This document shows, piece by piece, positions 35,127 to 44,994 of a DNA stretch of 64,000 nucleotides. The notes beneath the pieces are model-generated. The model was not told the DNA's origin. It worked only from the letters and a program-made list of their open reading frames with translations, and searched no databases. Each line of letters starts with the position of its first letter. Within the stretch, counting starts at the first letter, position 1. This DNA is from an uncultured Candidatus Saccharibacteria bacterium (lineage in GTDB: Bacteria > Patescibacteriota > Saccharimonadia > Saccharimonadales > Saccharimonadaceae), in contig CALIMM010000015.1 of the NCBI GenBank assembly GCA_938045445.1, forward strand, positions 122,648 to 186,647, in the 5' to 3' direction. Both the position numbers and the translations under genes were made by a program.

Positions 35127-35363
35127 AATGGCAGTATTCTAGCATGATATATATATATTCCACCTGTTATATCAAAATTGAATAAGAAATTACGTTTGCT
35201 ATGACCAAAACCAATAGCCAATACCCTGCCAGGCGCTTCATCTATTGAGATGAATTATCCTGGATAGACCTCGTACCATCATTGTAGCCACACTATATAA
35301 CCTAACCAAAAGAGACGAAGCTTTAATCACCTCGTCTCTTATTGGCGTATTGTTTATCTAGAG

Positions 35364-36464
35364 CTACGCTGTTGCGACCGCCTCTGCTTGCTCCTTGGGC
35401 GGTTCGAGGGCGTATGTGGCTTTGGCAACGCGCTTGAAGAGCGGTTTGCTTTGGAGGTTGAGGAGGATGGTGGTCTCCTTGACCTGGCGGCTCTTGAGAA
35501 CGCGCTTAACGATCTCGTCGCGGTGCAATGGGCCACCCTCGTCGCGCAAGATACCGGCAATGATGTCAGCTACAGTGCCTTGGCTATAGCCCCAGATGTC
35601 GAGCGCATAAATGCCACGGCCGATGAGGATGAAGCGCTTGTCTTTGATGAGCTCGTTGTGGATGGCTTGCTTGGTGACGTTGCGGCGCTTGAAGGTGCTC
35701 TCCTTGATGCGCTGGGCGATCTCGCTAAAGTGCAGTGGCTTGCCTTCGTCTAGCAGGACGACATAGATCTTGTCGCGGATGTTCTTGGGATTAACAGTTG
35801 GCCACTTACTCAGGCCCCACATATCTTTGAGGTGGGCCAGCTGGGTAGAAAGGCTGGCCAGGCCGCGCACTTGGTTGGGGTTCTCGTAGGTGAGTTGGTC
35901 ATGCAGCGCTTCGAGGCTGATAGGTGCACCATGCTGCTTAATAGCGGCAACGATCTCATCCACGCGGCTTCGCACTGCCTTCTCATCGCCGTATTCGGCA
36001 ATGGCCAGGCCTTGGTGGTATTTGTCGGTCTCGTTGATGGGGGTGAGGCGGGCCGAGACTTCGCCAATGAAGGCAATATGGGCACGCTGCTGCACCGTGG
36101 GTGTCTCGACGTCTAGCAGGCGCTGTGTGATGTCTGAGACGCGCCCCACGCGGCCATTCTCGGAGAGGTCGCGGATGATGAGACGCTCGGCGTCGTGCAG
36201 GCCCTCTAGCTCGCCTGCTTCGGCGGCAAGCTTGAGGCGCACCACGATAGCCTTCTCGAGCTGGCGGACGCGCTCGCGCGTAATGCCGAGCAGCTCGCCG
36301 ATCTGCTCGAGCGTTTCGCGGCGCTCTTTGAGGCCAAAGCGACGCACGATGATCTCGCGCTCGCGGTCGTGTTCTTCGCCGACTGCATCAAGGATGGTAG
36401 CGATCGACGCGGCAAAAATTTCGGTTGGTTGTTTGGTTGTTTGGTTCATGATTCGGTTCTCCAT
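35364..36464 (-). CDS. Sigma-70 region-4 HTH protein with C-terminal HARE-HTH-like repeats
   Basis: REREIIVRRFGLKERRETLEQIGELLGITRERVRQLEKAIVVRL is sigma region 4. It is followed by winged-helix units such as GKPLHFSEIAQRIK...DKRFILIGRGIYALDIWGY and GGPLHRDEIVKRVL...FKRVAKATYAL. ATG 36449, with GGAGAA upstream, is an alternative start. Confidence 0.75.
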   Translation of the reverse strand: MENRIMNQTTKQPTEIFAASIATILDAVGEEHDREREIIVRRFGLKERRETLEQIGELLGITRERVRQLEKAIVVRLKLAAEAGELEGLHDAERLIIRDLSENGRVGRVSDITQRLLDVETPTVQQRAHIAFIGEVSARLTPINETDKYHQGLAIAEYGDEKAVRSRVDEIVAAIKQHGAPISLEALHDQLTYENPNQVRGLASLSTQLAHLKDMWGLSKWPTVNPKNIRDKIYVVLLDEGKPLHFSEIAQRIKESTFKRRNVTKQAIHNELIKDKRFILIGRGIYALDIWGYSQGTVADIIAGILRDEGGPLHRDEIVKRVLKSRQVKETTILLNLQSKPLFKRVAKATYALEPPKEQAEAVATA

Positions 36465-36727
36465 TTCCTTCTCAGTTGTTTGCGAATGCCCACTCGCACT
36501 TCTTACATTTGATTATAGAATAATAGGTGATATAAGTCAATCGTTTCATCATAGAACTATTATAGCACACACTTTACGCTTATGGTAAACAATTTTTTGA
36601 GGCTTTTCATTTGCAAGTGATGTGGCGAGCATGACGGGGCAGTTGACGGGATCGCAGCAATGCAGGCTGGCATAGAAAAACCAGCGGCCAGTACAGAGGA
36701 GCCGCTGGTATATGAGAGGTCGCCGGG

Positions 36728-39103
36728 CTAGGCGGTGCGCTTCTTGCGTGTGGTGGTGGTGCGGGCTGCGGTCTTGCGCCGGCCGCGTTTGGGTGGTGCG
36801 GCGGCCAAGATTTCGCGGGCTTGCGCCTCATCCAGAGTTGTTGGATCGGTATCCTTGGGTACACGTGCGTTGGTCTTACCGTCAGTCACATATGGCCCCC
36901 AGCGTCCCTTGAGGATCTTGATAGTGCCAAAATCGGCAATGTGCTTCTCTGCCTCAGCCTTGAGCTTGGCGGCGTAGAGCACGCGAGCCTCAGCTTCGGT
37001 AATGTCGCGCGGGTCGTGCTCCTTCAGGCTGACGTAGAGCTTGCCTACCTGAATGTACGGCCCAAAGCGCCCGACGTTTGCCTTGATGGTCTGACCATCC
37101 TCGGTGGTGCCAACAGTGCGCGGTAGTTCAAAGGCCTTGAGAGCTTGCTCGAGCGTGACGGTCTCGATGCGCTCACCCTTGGGGAGCGGCGCAAACTGTG
37201 GCTTGGTCGTCTTATCCTCGCTGCTACCTAGCTGGAGCATCGGCCCAAAGCGCCCAAAGCGGGCGAAGATCGGCTTGCCAGTCTTGGGGTGGGTACCAAC
37301 CTCGCGGTGTGCGCCAACGGTGCTGCGGTCGATGTCGCCGGATTTTTCGATGAGCTCGTGGAAGGGCTCGTAAAATTGGCGCAGCATGGCATTGCGCGCG
37401 AGCTTACTGGCGGCGATGTCATCGAAATCGGTCTCGACGCGGGCGGTGAAGCCATAGTCGATGATAGGGTCGAAATGGTCAGTGAGAAAGCCAGCAATTA
37501 GCTCCCCCGCTGGGGTAGGCAGTAGCTTGCCACGAGTGGCACCAGTTTTTTCTTGGACGATGCGACGAGTGACGACAGGGGTATTGTCGCTCGGTGTCTC
37601 ACCGCTGCGCTCCAGGACGATGACATCACGTGGTTCGCCCTCGCTCTCGCCTCGCTCGGCATAGCCACGAGTCTGGATGGTGTTCATGATGGTGGCATAG
37701 GTGCTAGGCCGGCCAATGCCAAGCTCCTCAAGCTTCTTGACGAGCGTCCCCTCGGTATAGCGGGCTGGCGGGCGGGCAAAGACCTGCCGCGCCTCGGCCT
37801 GTGCGAGCTCGAGGGTGGTGTGCTGGCTAACTGATGGCAGGATGGTCGAATCCTTACCGCCATAGACACGCAAAAAGCCATCAAAAAGCACTGTCTGACC
37901 CTTAGCCTCAAAAACGAGCGTCTTCTCGGCCTTGAGCTGCGTGCTGTCGATACTGATGGTAATGGTGGTGTTCTCTAGCTTCGCAGCGGCCATTTGGCTG
38001 GCCAGGGTGCGCCGGCGGATGAGGTCGTAGAGTTTTTGGTCGTAGCTACTGCCAGTGATGGATTCGCGGGCGATGTCGGTCGGGCGGATGGCCTCGTGAG
38101 CCTCTTGGGCACCAGCCGACTTCGTGGCGAAGGTGCGGCTGTGCGAATAGTCAGCGCCAAACTGCTGAGTAATATATGTGCGGCTGGCGGCAATGGCCTG
38201 GCGGCTGAGATTGACGCTATCGGTACGCATATAGGTGATGAGCCCCTCTTGGTAGAGCTTTTGGGCACTCGCCATGGTAGCGCGGCTGCCCATGCCGAGC
38301 TTGCTATTGGCCTCTTGCTGGAGGGTACTGGTGGTAAATGGCGCAGCCGGGTTGCGCGTGCTGGGCGTCTTGGTAATGTTGCTAACGGTGAAACGAGCGC
38401 CACTCAGCCCCGTCAAGAAGTCGTGGGCGGCTTGCTCGCTGTCAAAGCGCTGCTTGAGCTCAGCCTTGAGCTCCTCGCCATCTACGGCAAAGTGCGCCGT
38501 TACGCGGAATTGTGCACTACTCGCAAAGTCGCGAATCTCGCGCTCGCGCTCCACGAGCAGGCGGACCGCTGGGCTTTGCACGCGGCCAGCCGATTTGCCG
38601 CCTGGCACCTTGCGCCACACCACAGGACTCAGCTCAAAGCCCACAATGCGGTCGAGGATCTGCCGTGCCTGCTGCGCCTCCACCAGCTGCATATCGACAG
38701 TGCGAGGTTGCTTGATAGCCGCCTCGATAGCGGGCTTGGTGATCTCATGGAAGGTAATGCGCTTGGTATGCTGCGGGTCTAGACCAAGCACTTCGCACAA
38801 GTGCCAGGCAATCGCCTCCCCTTCCCGGTCTTCATCGGTTGCGAGCCACACATTATCCGCGCCAACCGCCTTGACGGCCTTCTTGAGCTCGGTGATGACC
38901 TTCTTCTTATCTGGATCGATCTCGTAGACGGTCTTGAAGTCATTCTTGATATCGATCGGCGGCTGTCCATCCTTGGTCTTCTTGGGGATGGCGCGAATGT
39001 GCCCTACGCTCGAGAGCACCTGATATTCCCCGCCCAGGTAGCGCTCAATTGTCTTGGCCTTGGCGGGGCTCTCGACGATGACTAGTTGTGTGTGTTTGCT
39101 CAT
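36728..39103 (-). CDS. topA: DNA topoisomerase I
   Basis: The Toprim N-terminus reads [24 protein letters not shown]. The active-site region is [15 protein letters not shown]-terminal GRFGPY / [11 protein letters not shown] repeats replace Zn ribbons. The tail is basic ([20 protein letters not shown]). Confidence 0.95.
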   Translation of the reverse strand: MSKHTQLVIVESPAKAKTIERYLGGEYQVLSSVGHIRAIPKKTKDGQPPIDIKNDFKTVYEIDPDKKKVITELKKAVKAVGADNVWLATDEDREGEAIAWHLCEVLGLDPQHTKRITFHEITKPAIEAAIKQPRTVDMQLVEAQQARQILDRIVGFELSPVVWRKVPGGKSAGRVQSPAVRLLVEREREIRDFASSAQFRVTAHFAVDGEELKAELKQRFDSEQAAHDFLTGLSGARFTVSNITKTPSTRNPAAPFTTSTLQQEANSKLGMGSRATMASAQKLYQEGLITYMRTDSVNLSRQAIAASRTYITQQFGADYSHSRTFATKSAGAQEAHEAIRPTDIARESITGSSYDQKLYDLIRRRTLASQMAAAKLENTTITISIDSTQLKAEKTLVFEAKGQTVLFDGFLRVYGGKDSTILPSVSQHTTLELAQAEARQVFARPPARYTEGTLVKKLEELGIGRPSTYATIMNTIQTRGYAERGESEGEPRDVIVLERSGETPSDNTPVVTRRIVQEKTGATRGKLLPTPAGELIAGFLTDHFDPIIDYGFTARVETDFDDIAASKLARNAMLRQFYEPFHELIEKSGDIDRSTVGAHREVGTHPKTGKPIFARFGRFGPMLQLGSSEDKTTKPQFAPLPKGERIETVTLEQALKAFELPRTVGTTEDGQTIKANVGRFGPYIQVGKLYVSLKEHDPRDITEAEARVLYAAKLKAEAEKHIADFGTIKILKGRWGPYVTDGKTNARVPKDTDPTTLDEAQAREILAAAPPKRGRRKTAARTTTTRKKRTA

Positions 39104-39390
39104 TGATTATCTACTCGCTTGTTAGTTATAGTTATATGCTTGCTATTAACCTATCTAATCAAGCGCCTATGATACCGCAAAGTAGAATGGAATGCAAATG
39201 GGGTGCATCTTGAGCCGCAACACTTCACCATCAACTCTCTGGACAACTCACTGCACAAGAAAATATATGGAGGTTAGTTCGGATACCCTCTCCCCCTCCC
39301 TGGCTTATAGGCAGGGGTATTGCTGATAGTGTGGAAATATATAAGAAGCCTGGCTGCCAATAAAGAATGCTGCACGAATCATCAATCGCA

Positions 39391-40092
39391 TTACCCACGC
39401 ACGCGGCGTTTGCGACGCATACGGGTGCGAGGTTGCTGTGGTGAGGTGTTTGCTGCTGGAGTGGTTGAGCTATAATCTTCGGCTTTGGCATAGTGGCCAG
39501 TGAGATAGTCCTTCGCAGCGGCAATACCAAGGACAGTACCTACAGCAAACGACCCTAGTGCTGCTACACCAGCATAACGCTCAAGCTTACTACCCTCAGG
39601 AGCGAGCGACTTGAGAAAATAGGCAGCAATTGCTATATTATCTGCTGCCATACTGAACTTGCCGGATTTTGGCGTACGGAAGGCTTCATCATTTGTGAGA
39701 CCATGATAGATGGTTGCGCTAGCATTAACGGCATTCTTAGTGGCAATTGTTGCTAAAACTGATTTGGGTACAATATAGAGCTTGCCTGCTATTATACCAA
39801 TCACTGCCATACCGAATTTGTCGCAAAAAGCATCAAACCCTGCACCAAAGTCACTTTCTTGGCGAAGACGTCGTGCCGCTGGGCCATCTGCTGAGTCACA
39901 TGCACGACCACCAAGTATCATGAGTGCGCCAATGACTTGGCCGGTCTTATCATTTTCCCTTGTAGCGGTGTCAAATTTCTGAGCACCGGCAGCTACTAAC
40001 CCTAGCCCAGTAGCCGAGATGGCATTTGGCACAGTAGGAATATCTCTCATGTGATATTCGCGTTGTCTTGGGGGCTGCTCTGCTGTCGCCAT
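39391..40092 (-). CDS. CDP-alcohol phosphatidyltransferase family protein
   Basis: The D-x2-D-G-x2-A-R-x8-G-x3-D-x3-D motif is present as DSADGPAARRLRQESDFGAGFDAFCD. The protein has several TM helices and a basic C-terminal tail. ATG 40050 is an alternative start. Confidence 0.8.
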   Translation of the reverse strand: MATAEQPPRQREYHMRDIPTVPNAISATGLGLVAAGAQKFDTATRENDKTGQVIGALMILGGRACDSADGPAARRLRQESDFGAGFDAFCDKFGMAVIGIIAGKLYIVPKSVLATIATKNAVNASATIYHGLTNDEAFRTPKSGKFSMAADNIAIAAYFLKSLAPEGSKLERYAGVAALGSFAVGTVLGIAAAKDYLTGHYAKAEDYSSTTPAANTSPQQPRTRMRRKRRVRG

Positions 40093-40116
40093 AGTATATA
40101 GTACTGTACCATAATA

Positions 40117-40995
40117 CTAAGCCAATGTCCACTGGTTGGCACCAAGTGAGCGGATAACGCCGTTAATCTCCAGCATTGTCAGGGCAATGGTAAACTCGCT
40201 GATGGGTGTGCCTAGGCGGCGCTGCATTTCTTCGCCGTCGCGCAGGCCTTGGCGCAGTAGCTTGATAATGGCGGCCTCGAGCGGTGTATTACCCAGCGGC
40301 AGAGTGGCATTCTCGCTCTGCTGGCGTTGGGGCGGTGTGATGGTCATGACGGCGAGAACATCGGCTGGGCTGGTGGCGGGCAACGCGCCTTGCTTGAGGA
40401 GATTGTTGCAGCCCTGTGAGAGTGGGCTGGTGATGTTGCCCGGCACCGCAAAGACGTCCTTGCCTTGCTCGAGTGCGTGGGCAGCAGTGTTAAGTGTGCC
40501 ACTGCGCTCGGCTGCCTCGGTGATGACGACGACGTCGGCTAGGCCAGCGACGAGGCGGTTGCGCTCGAGGAAGCTCCAGCTGCCAAAGCGGTAGCCATCC
40601 CCCGCCAGGTGCTCCGACACCACTGCCCCACCCTTGGCCACGATATCACCCGCAAGCGCAGTATGATTGGCCGGATAGATCCGTGGCAAGCCATTGCCCA
40701 GCACAGCGATCGTCGTGCCACCCACCGCCACACAGGCCTGGTGCGCAATGCTGTCAATCCCAAGGGCGAGCCCGCTGATGATGATCACCCCTTGGCGGGT
40801 CAGCTCGCGGGCGAACTGCTCCGTCACTTCCCGACCATAGCGTGTGGGCCGGCGCGACCCAACGATTGCCACGCTGGGGCGGCGCTCCTCGGGCAGTGTA
40901 CCGAGATAGTGAATCTGCTGCGGTGGCTTGGCAATATGGCAGAGTGGATTGAGATATTGGTGGGCTTGTGGTGTGGTGTGATTGATCTGTTGCAT
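40117..40995 (-). CDS. dprA: DNA-processing protein DprA/Smf
   Basis: VAIVGSRRPTRYGREVTEQFARELTRQGVIIISGLALGIDSIAHQA is the Rossmann-like DprA core. The C-terminus is wHTH-like. I prefer ATG 40995 to the track's TTG 41028. Confidence 0.88.
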   Translation of the reverse strand: MQQINHTTPQAHQYLNPLCHIAKPPQQIHYLGTLPEERRPSVAIVGSRRPTRYGREVTEQFARELTRQGVIIISGLALGIDSIAHQACVAVGGTTIAVLGNGLPRIYPANHTALAGDIVAKGGAVVSEHLAGDGYRFGSWSFLERNRLVAGLADVVVITEAAERSGTLNTAAHALEQGKDVFAVPGNITSPLSQGCNNLLKQGALPATSPADVLAVMTITPPQRQQSENATLPLGNTPLEAAIIKLLRQGLRDGEEMQRRLGTPISEFTIALTMLEINGVIRSLGANQWTLA

Positions 40996-41013
40996 AATTT
41001 GTGCTGAAAAGTG

Positions 41014-41042
41014 TTGACATTTTGTCAAGCGGGTGCTAGTAT
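41014..41042 (+). promoter_or_regulatory. Near-consensus sigma-70 promoter TTGACA - 17 nt - TAGTAT with no ORF behind it
   Basis: The -35 is at 41014-41019 and the -10 at 41037-41042. It is divergent from dprA. Confidence 0.5.
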
Positions 41043-41048
41043 CATAAG

Positions 41049-41328
41049 TGATTGATTGAGCGCAAGCTCGTTCAAGTACCTTATACCCCCTATTTTAACA
41101 TAGTTACCCCAGTGTTTTCACGAAGGTAACGTGTTAGGTTGCACACAATCTGTGCTGTAGTTATCTACCCTCCACTGCAGCACCGTTAGACAGGGTTGTG
41201 TGCTTACTAACCCCTTTGTCCAGCGGATCTCGTATGTGTGAGTAGATCACGTATACCCTGATTGGGTGGGACGAAGGGCAAACCAAGCGCTCATAGTGAT
41301 GCCCACCCTTACTATGAGCGCTTTTTTG
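41049..41328 (+). ncRNA. Candidate ~280-nt non-coding transcript or cis-regulatory leader (unclassified)
   Basis: It is bounded by the promoter above and the terminator at 41286-41328. An internal helix pairs GCACACAA..TGT (about 41142-41154) with ACA..TTGTGTGC (about 41194-41207). GGGTGGG (41264-41270) can pair with CCCACCC (41302-41308) in the terminator loop, an alternative fold. There is no ORF. Confidence 0.35.
41286..41328 (+). terminator. Rho-independent terminator
   Basis: AGCGCTCATAGT (41286-41297) pairs with ACTATGAGCGCT (41311-41322), followed by TTTTTTG. Confidence 0.75.
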
Positions 41329-41411
41329 TTGGGGTGAGTTGGTGATGGTCTACTCTTGCAGGGGCTATTTTTTAAGCTGATATACTTTGGCATGCATAGA
41401 GGAGTTATGAA

Positions 41412-41726
41412 TTGCTTTGGTTTGTGACATGCGCTACCAAGGCAAAGGTAGCTGGTATCTGTGGTAGTGGCCACGATCCTGGCGGATTTGCCCTGCTTGT
41501 AGAACTTACTGCAGGGACTGTGAGACTTACATGTAAAGGTTTAATAAAAGGCCTTCTCCGCGTTGCTACGCTCTCTGGCGCAGTATACAATACCTTGTGT
41601 GTTGATAATTTTTCACCCTCAACTACATACTTCTCAATGAGAAAAACGAGCATCGAGAAGTATAGTTGCTATAGCAACATTGTGGCTTGCGATGGGCGCA
41701 CGTATGTGCGCGTCACAGACAAGTAG
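41412..41726 (+). CDS. Possible small Cys-rich protein (104 aa, TTG start)
   Basis: TATACT lies at 41381-41386. SD GGAG (41401-41404) is 7 nt before TTG 41412. The protein has six Cys and no recognisable motif. A 6-codon ATG ORF (41407) in another frame competes. Confidence 0.35.
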   Translation: MLWFVTCATKAKVAGICGSGHDPGGFALLVELTAGTVRLTCKGLIKGLLRVATLSGAVYNTLCVDNFSPSTTYFSMRKTSIEKYSCYSNIVACDGRTYVRVTDK

Positions 41727-42056
41727 AGGTGCAAGCTGAAACGCTATGTGATTGACACACGCTTACACCAGGCATACCTATATAGCCCAGCACGCACAAA
41801 ATCTATGACTGAACAATACTTTTCACCATGTTTTCCTCTGTTATTGCGCAGTGAACTTGTTTTTTGTTCAAGTAGGCGATGAGCGAGAGGGGTGTTTGCT
41901 ATTACTATGATAATACGTACCAGAGTTTGACTATTATATTGATTGCTTTTACTTGTTCAGCGTGATACTGGGCGATGTAAATATATTAAACTACTTATAT
42001 TAAACTACTTTGCTAAATTTGTATTTAGTCCCGCAAAGCGCTATAATGGCCAAACC

Positions 42057-43253
42057 ATGACAGAAATGGCAGTTCGAGAACATAATTCTCATTCATGTTC
42101 GCCTCGCCCCGGGACGCGAATGGAGCGTCTGCAACTCCAGCGGGAGAAGAAAACGAATTTGGGCAAAAAGGTAATTAGTGCAGTGGTAGGCGCAACAATT
42201 GGCTGCATGCCAATGGCTGGTGTGGTCTATGCCAAGCATGCTCAGCACGAGGCGCGGCGGCCATATGAGCCACTGCCGCCGTGTATGGCAGTTGGCCAGC
42301 CTTCGTCGCTTGACCTCACGCAGCCTGAGACGGTAGCCCAGCGCTCACCGGTGGGCATAGCTGAAGCGTTGGGCAATCGCGAGTCGCTGGAGCAGCAAAA
42401 GCAGGAGGCTCTGCAAGCAGTGCAGCACTCCATCGTCAAGATAGAAGCTCATTCTCATAATATGGCGGAGGCAGGCAGCGTGGATATCACTGGCAGTGGC
42501 TACATCATAGCAATGCCAAATGGCAAACCGATGGTGATGACGGCTGCCCATGTGGTGTCTAATAAATATACTATTCGCCAAGCCGACATCACCTTCCAAA
42601 CAACTGACGGCCAGACTCATAAGATACAAAAAGGCTGCCATAATGGCGAAGCACCGCCCGAAGGCCAGTGGAGCTCTGGCATGCCTGATGTAGCGGCACT
42701 GAGGCCGCGTGATGAGCTGCCAGGTAGCTCATCACTCCAGCTTGCAACAGATGAGGAGATAGCGGCAGCGACACAGGCTGGCCAGCCATTCTTTGCGGTG
42801 GGCTTCCCTGCTAATGCGCCGGTGGAGTGGGGGCAACCGATCGCCACGCCACAGGTCGATGTGCTCCTCCCTGCTGGGCAGCGTGGGGCTAATGGCAAGA
42901 TGGTCGTGATCTCGGGCCTTGAGCGGTCGGCTAAAGACGCAAATGATGTTGACGGGCTAGATGATGCAGTTTTGCCTGGTATGTCGGGCGGTGTGGTTGT
43001 TGTACGCACTCCATCTGGCGAGATGAAGGTTGTTGGGATGGTGCAAGCAGTAGCTCAGCCAGCAACGGCGGTTGAGCTCAGTGCGTATGGCATTAAAGAT
43101 GACCCAGAGACAGTGCGCGCATATGAGCCGCGCATTGCCTATCTTGGGAGCATCACAGAGATGCAAGAAGCGTTTACGAGCCTACAAGCAGAAGACGAGT
43201 GGTCGGCAACGAGAGTAATAATGTACCTTGGTGCGGTCTTTCACGAAGATTAG
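42057..43253 (+). CDS. Membrane-anchored trypsin-like (S1) serine protease
   Basis: TAAHVV carries the His, PDVAAL the Asp and GMSGGVVV the Ser. An N-terminal TM segment is present. TATAAT (42042-42047) lies 9 nt before ATG 42057. Confidence 0.8.
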   Translation: MTEMAVREHNSHSCSPRPGTRMERLQLQREKKTNLGKKVISAVVGATIGCMPMAGVVYAKHAQHEARRPYEPLPPCMAVGQPSSLDLTQPETVAQRSPVGIAEALGNRESLEQQKQEALQAVQHSIVKIEAHSHNMAEAGSVDITGSGYIIAMPNGKPMVMTAAHVVSNKYTIRQADITFQTTDGQTHKIQKGCHNGEAPPEGQWSSGMPDVAALRPRDELPGSSSLQLATDEEIAAATQAGQPFFAVGFPANAPVEWGQPIATPQVDVLLPAGQRGANGKMVVISGLERSAKDANDVDGLDDAVLPGMSGGVVVVRTPSGEMKVVGMVQAVAQPATAVELSAYGIKDDPETVRAYEPRIAYLGSITEMQEAFTSLQAEDEWSATRVIMYLGAVFHED

Positions 43254-43309
43254 CTTAGAAGGCCATAGAAGGTGAAGCTCTACCTTATTCTGTGCTATAC
43301 TAAATCACT

Positions 43310-44368
43310 ATGAAACATCTCTGGCATTCTCATCACCCTTTTCGTATTTTTTGGTTTTCGGCACTGCTAACGGTGCTGCTGGGTGGGGCGGTCTTTGGCT
43401 ATTTGGGGACGAGCGGTTTGTGGGTGTTTGCCATCCTGGTGCTGCTGGAGGTGACCTTCAGCTTTGATAACGCCATCATCAATAGCCGCGTCTTGGCAAC
43501 CCTAAGCCCCTTCTGGCAAAAGATCTTCCTGACGGTGGGGATCTTTATTGCGGTGTTTGTGGTGCGATTTGTGCTGCCGATTGTGATTGTGATGATTGCC
43601 GCCCACCTGGGGTTTGGCGATGTGGTGCAGCTTGCTCTACACGACCCAGCCCGCTACGGCCAGGTGCTACACCACGCTGCGCCGATGATCGATGCCTTTG
43701 GCGGTGCCTTCCTTTTGATGATTGGTATTCACTACTTTATGGATCGGCGCAAAACCACCCACTGGCTTAAGGGTGAATCCTGGCTGGCCCGGGCGGGGCG
43801 GTTCGAAAATCTCAAAATCTGCCTAATGCTGAGCGTGGCAGTGGCGCTGTACTTTACGGTGGCGCCGGAGTACCAAACCATCGTGCTGATATCGAGTATT
43901 TTGGGGATTCTGCTGCATATTGGTATAGAGCTGTTTGGCTCGTTCTTCCACGATGATGAGCACGGCGCGGCGCACCAAGCCGGTGCCCAGGTGGGCTGGG
44001 CGGCTTTTGCCAGCTTCCTCTACCTTGAGGTGCTGGATGCTAGCTTTAGCTTTGATGGTGTGATTGGGGCCTTTGCTATTACCACTAGCCTACTGCTGAT
44101 TATCGCGGGCCTGGGTGTGGGGGCAATCTGGGTGCGAGCGCTGACGGTGTATTTGATGCGGGCTGGCACCCTAACCCAGTACCGCTACCTTGAGCACGGT
44201 GCCCACTGGGCGATTATGGCTCTGGGCGCCATGATGTACATTAAGCTCTACCAGGTGGAGCCACCAGAGTGGATTACCGGGAGCATTGGCCTAGTGTTTA
44301 TTGTGACGGCTATCTGCTCGAGCATGTACGAAAAGCGCCGGCTGGCCCGGCGGCAGCAGGCACAGTAG
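43310..44368 (+). CDS. DUF475/TerC-related integral membrane protein
   Basis: LLEVTFSFDNAIINS and LEVLDASFSFDGVIGAF form the duplicated signature. The protein has more than 8 TM helices. TATACT lies 8 nt upstream. Confidence 0.8.
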   Translation: MKHLWHSHHPFRIFWFSALLTVLLGGAVFGYLGTSGLWVFAILVLLEVTFSFDNAIINSRVLATLSPFWQKIFLTVGIFIAVFVVRFVLPIVIVMIAAHLGFGDVVQLALHDPARYGQVLHHAAPMIDAFGGAFLLMIGIHYFMDRRKTTHWLKGESWLARAGRFENLKICLMLSVAVALYFTVAPEYQTIVLISSILGILLHIGIELFGSFFHDDEHGAAHQAGAQVGWAAFASFLYLEVLDASFSFDGVIGAFAITTSLLLIIAGLGVGAIWVRALTVYLMRAGTLTQYRYLEHGAHWAIMALGAMMYIKLYQVEPPEWITGSIGLVFIVTAICSSMYEKRRLARRQQAQ

Positions 44369-44370
44369 GG

Positions 44371-44895
44371 CTAGCGGGGGTTGCCTTCTTCGGCGCCGTG
44401 TGCGTGCCCGCGGGTATGCGTATGGGTGCTGGCACTATGCTGGCAGCGCGGGCAGATACCACTAAGCGCAACGCTATGCTGGCCTAGGCTATAGCCGTGG
44501 CTCCTGGCGGCGGCTTGCAGGGCGGCCTCCAGCTCTGGTGTGGCCACATCCTGGTGTGCGCCACACATCGTACAGGTAATATGGTGGTGGTGCGGCCGGA
44601 AGGGCTCTGCCAGGCTAATGTACGGTGTCCAGCCGCGCATGTGCACGGTGGTAATGCCAATACGCTCGAATACCTGCAGCGCCCGGTAGACACTAGCACG
44701 GTTGCAGCGTGGCGTAGCGGCTGTAGGCTGGGAGCTACCTGCGGCCGGCGCGGCGGTGGCCCGCTCGGCGATGTAGGCCCGCCTAAGCGGCTCATCGGCC
44801 TGCTGCAGCACACGCAGGACTGCCAGGCGCGGTGCGGTAATGCTATAGCCATGGTGGCGTAGATGCTGGGTGATGGGGGTGGTAGTGACTGCCAT
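44371..44895 (-). CDS. Fur-family (Zur-like) metalloregulator with a His-rich tail
   Basis: RLAVLRVLQQ...ASVYRALQVFERIGI is the wHTH, interrupted by an A/P/S/T-rich insertion. HHHHITCTMCG...CPRC are the Cys pairs. The tail reads HSASTHTHTRGHAHG. The start is ATG 44895. Confidence 0.85.
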   Translation of the reverse strand: MAVTTTPITQHLRHHGYSITAPRLAVLRVLQQADEPLRRAYIAERATAAPAAGSSQPTAATPRCNRASVYRALQVFERIGITTVHMRGWTPYISLAEPFRPHHHHITCTMCGAHQDVATPELEAALQAAARSHGYSLGQHSVALSGICPRCQHSASTHTHTRGHAHGAEEGNPR

Positions 44896-44927
44896 ACTAG
44901 CTTTTATAGTAGCGCATGGGCCGTTTT

Positions 44928-44953
44928 GTTGCAATAATACGCAGTTTTGCAAC
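44928..44953. promoter_or_regulatory. Inverted repeat GTTGCAA-N12-TTGCAAC in the fur/ATPase divergent promoter (candidate Fur/Zur operator)
   Basis: The repeat arms are at 44928-44934 and 44947-44953. It lies between the two divergent starts (44895 and 44995). It does not match any Fur/Zur consensus I know. Confidence 0.35.
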
Positions 44954-44994
44954 ATTTTTGCGAAAGGGGGCTGCGAGGAGTACAATTTGCCCAT

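Noticed and set aside
41264-41285. Glycine-riboswitch-like core (GGGACGAAGGGCAAACC resembles CACCGAAGGGGCAA)
   Set aside because: The flanking GGAGAG and CUCUGGAGAG elements of the glycine aptamer are absent, and no glycine-related gene follows. I also checked TPP, FMN, cobalamin (only a CCACTG fragment), ZTP, Mn and c-di-AMP signatures by eye and found none.
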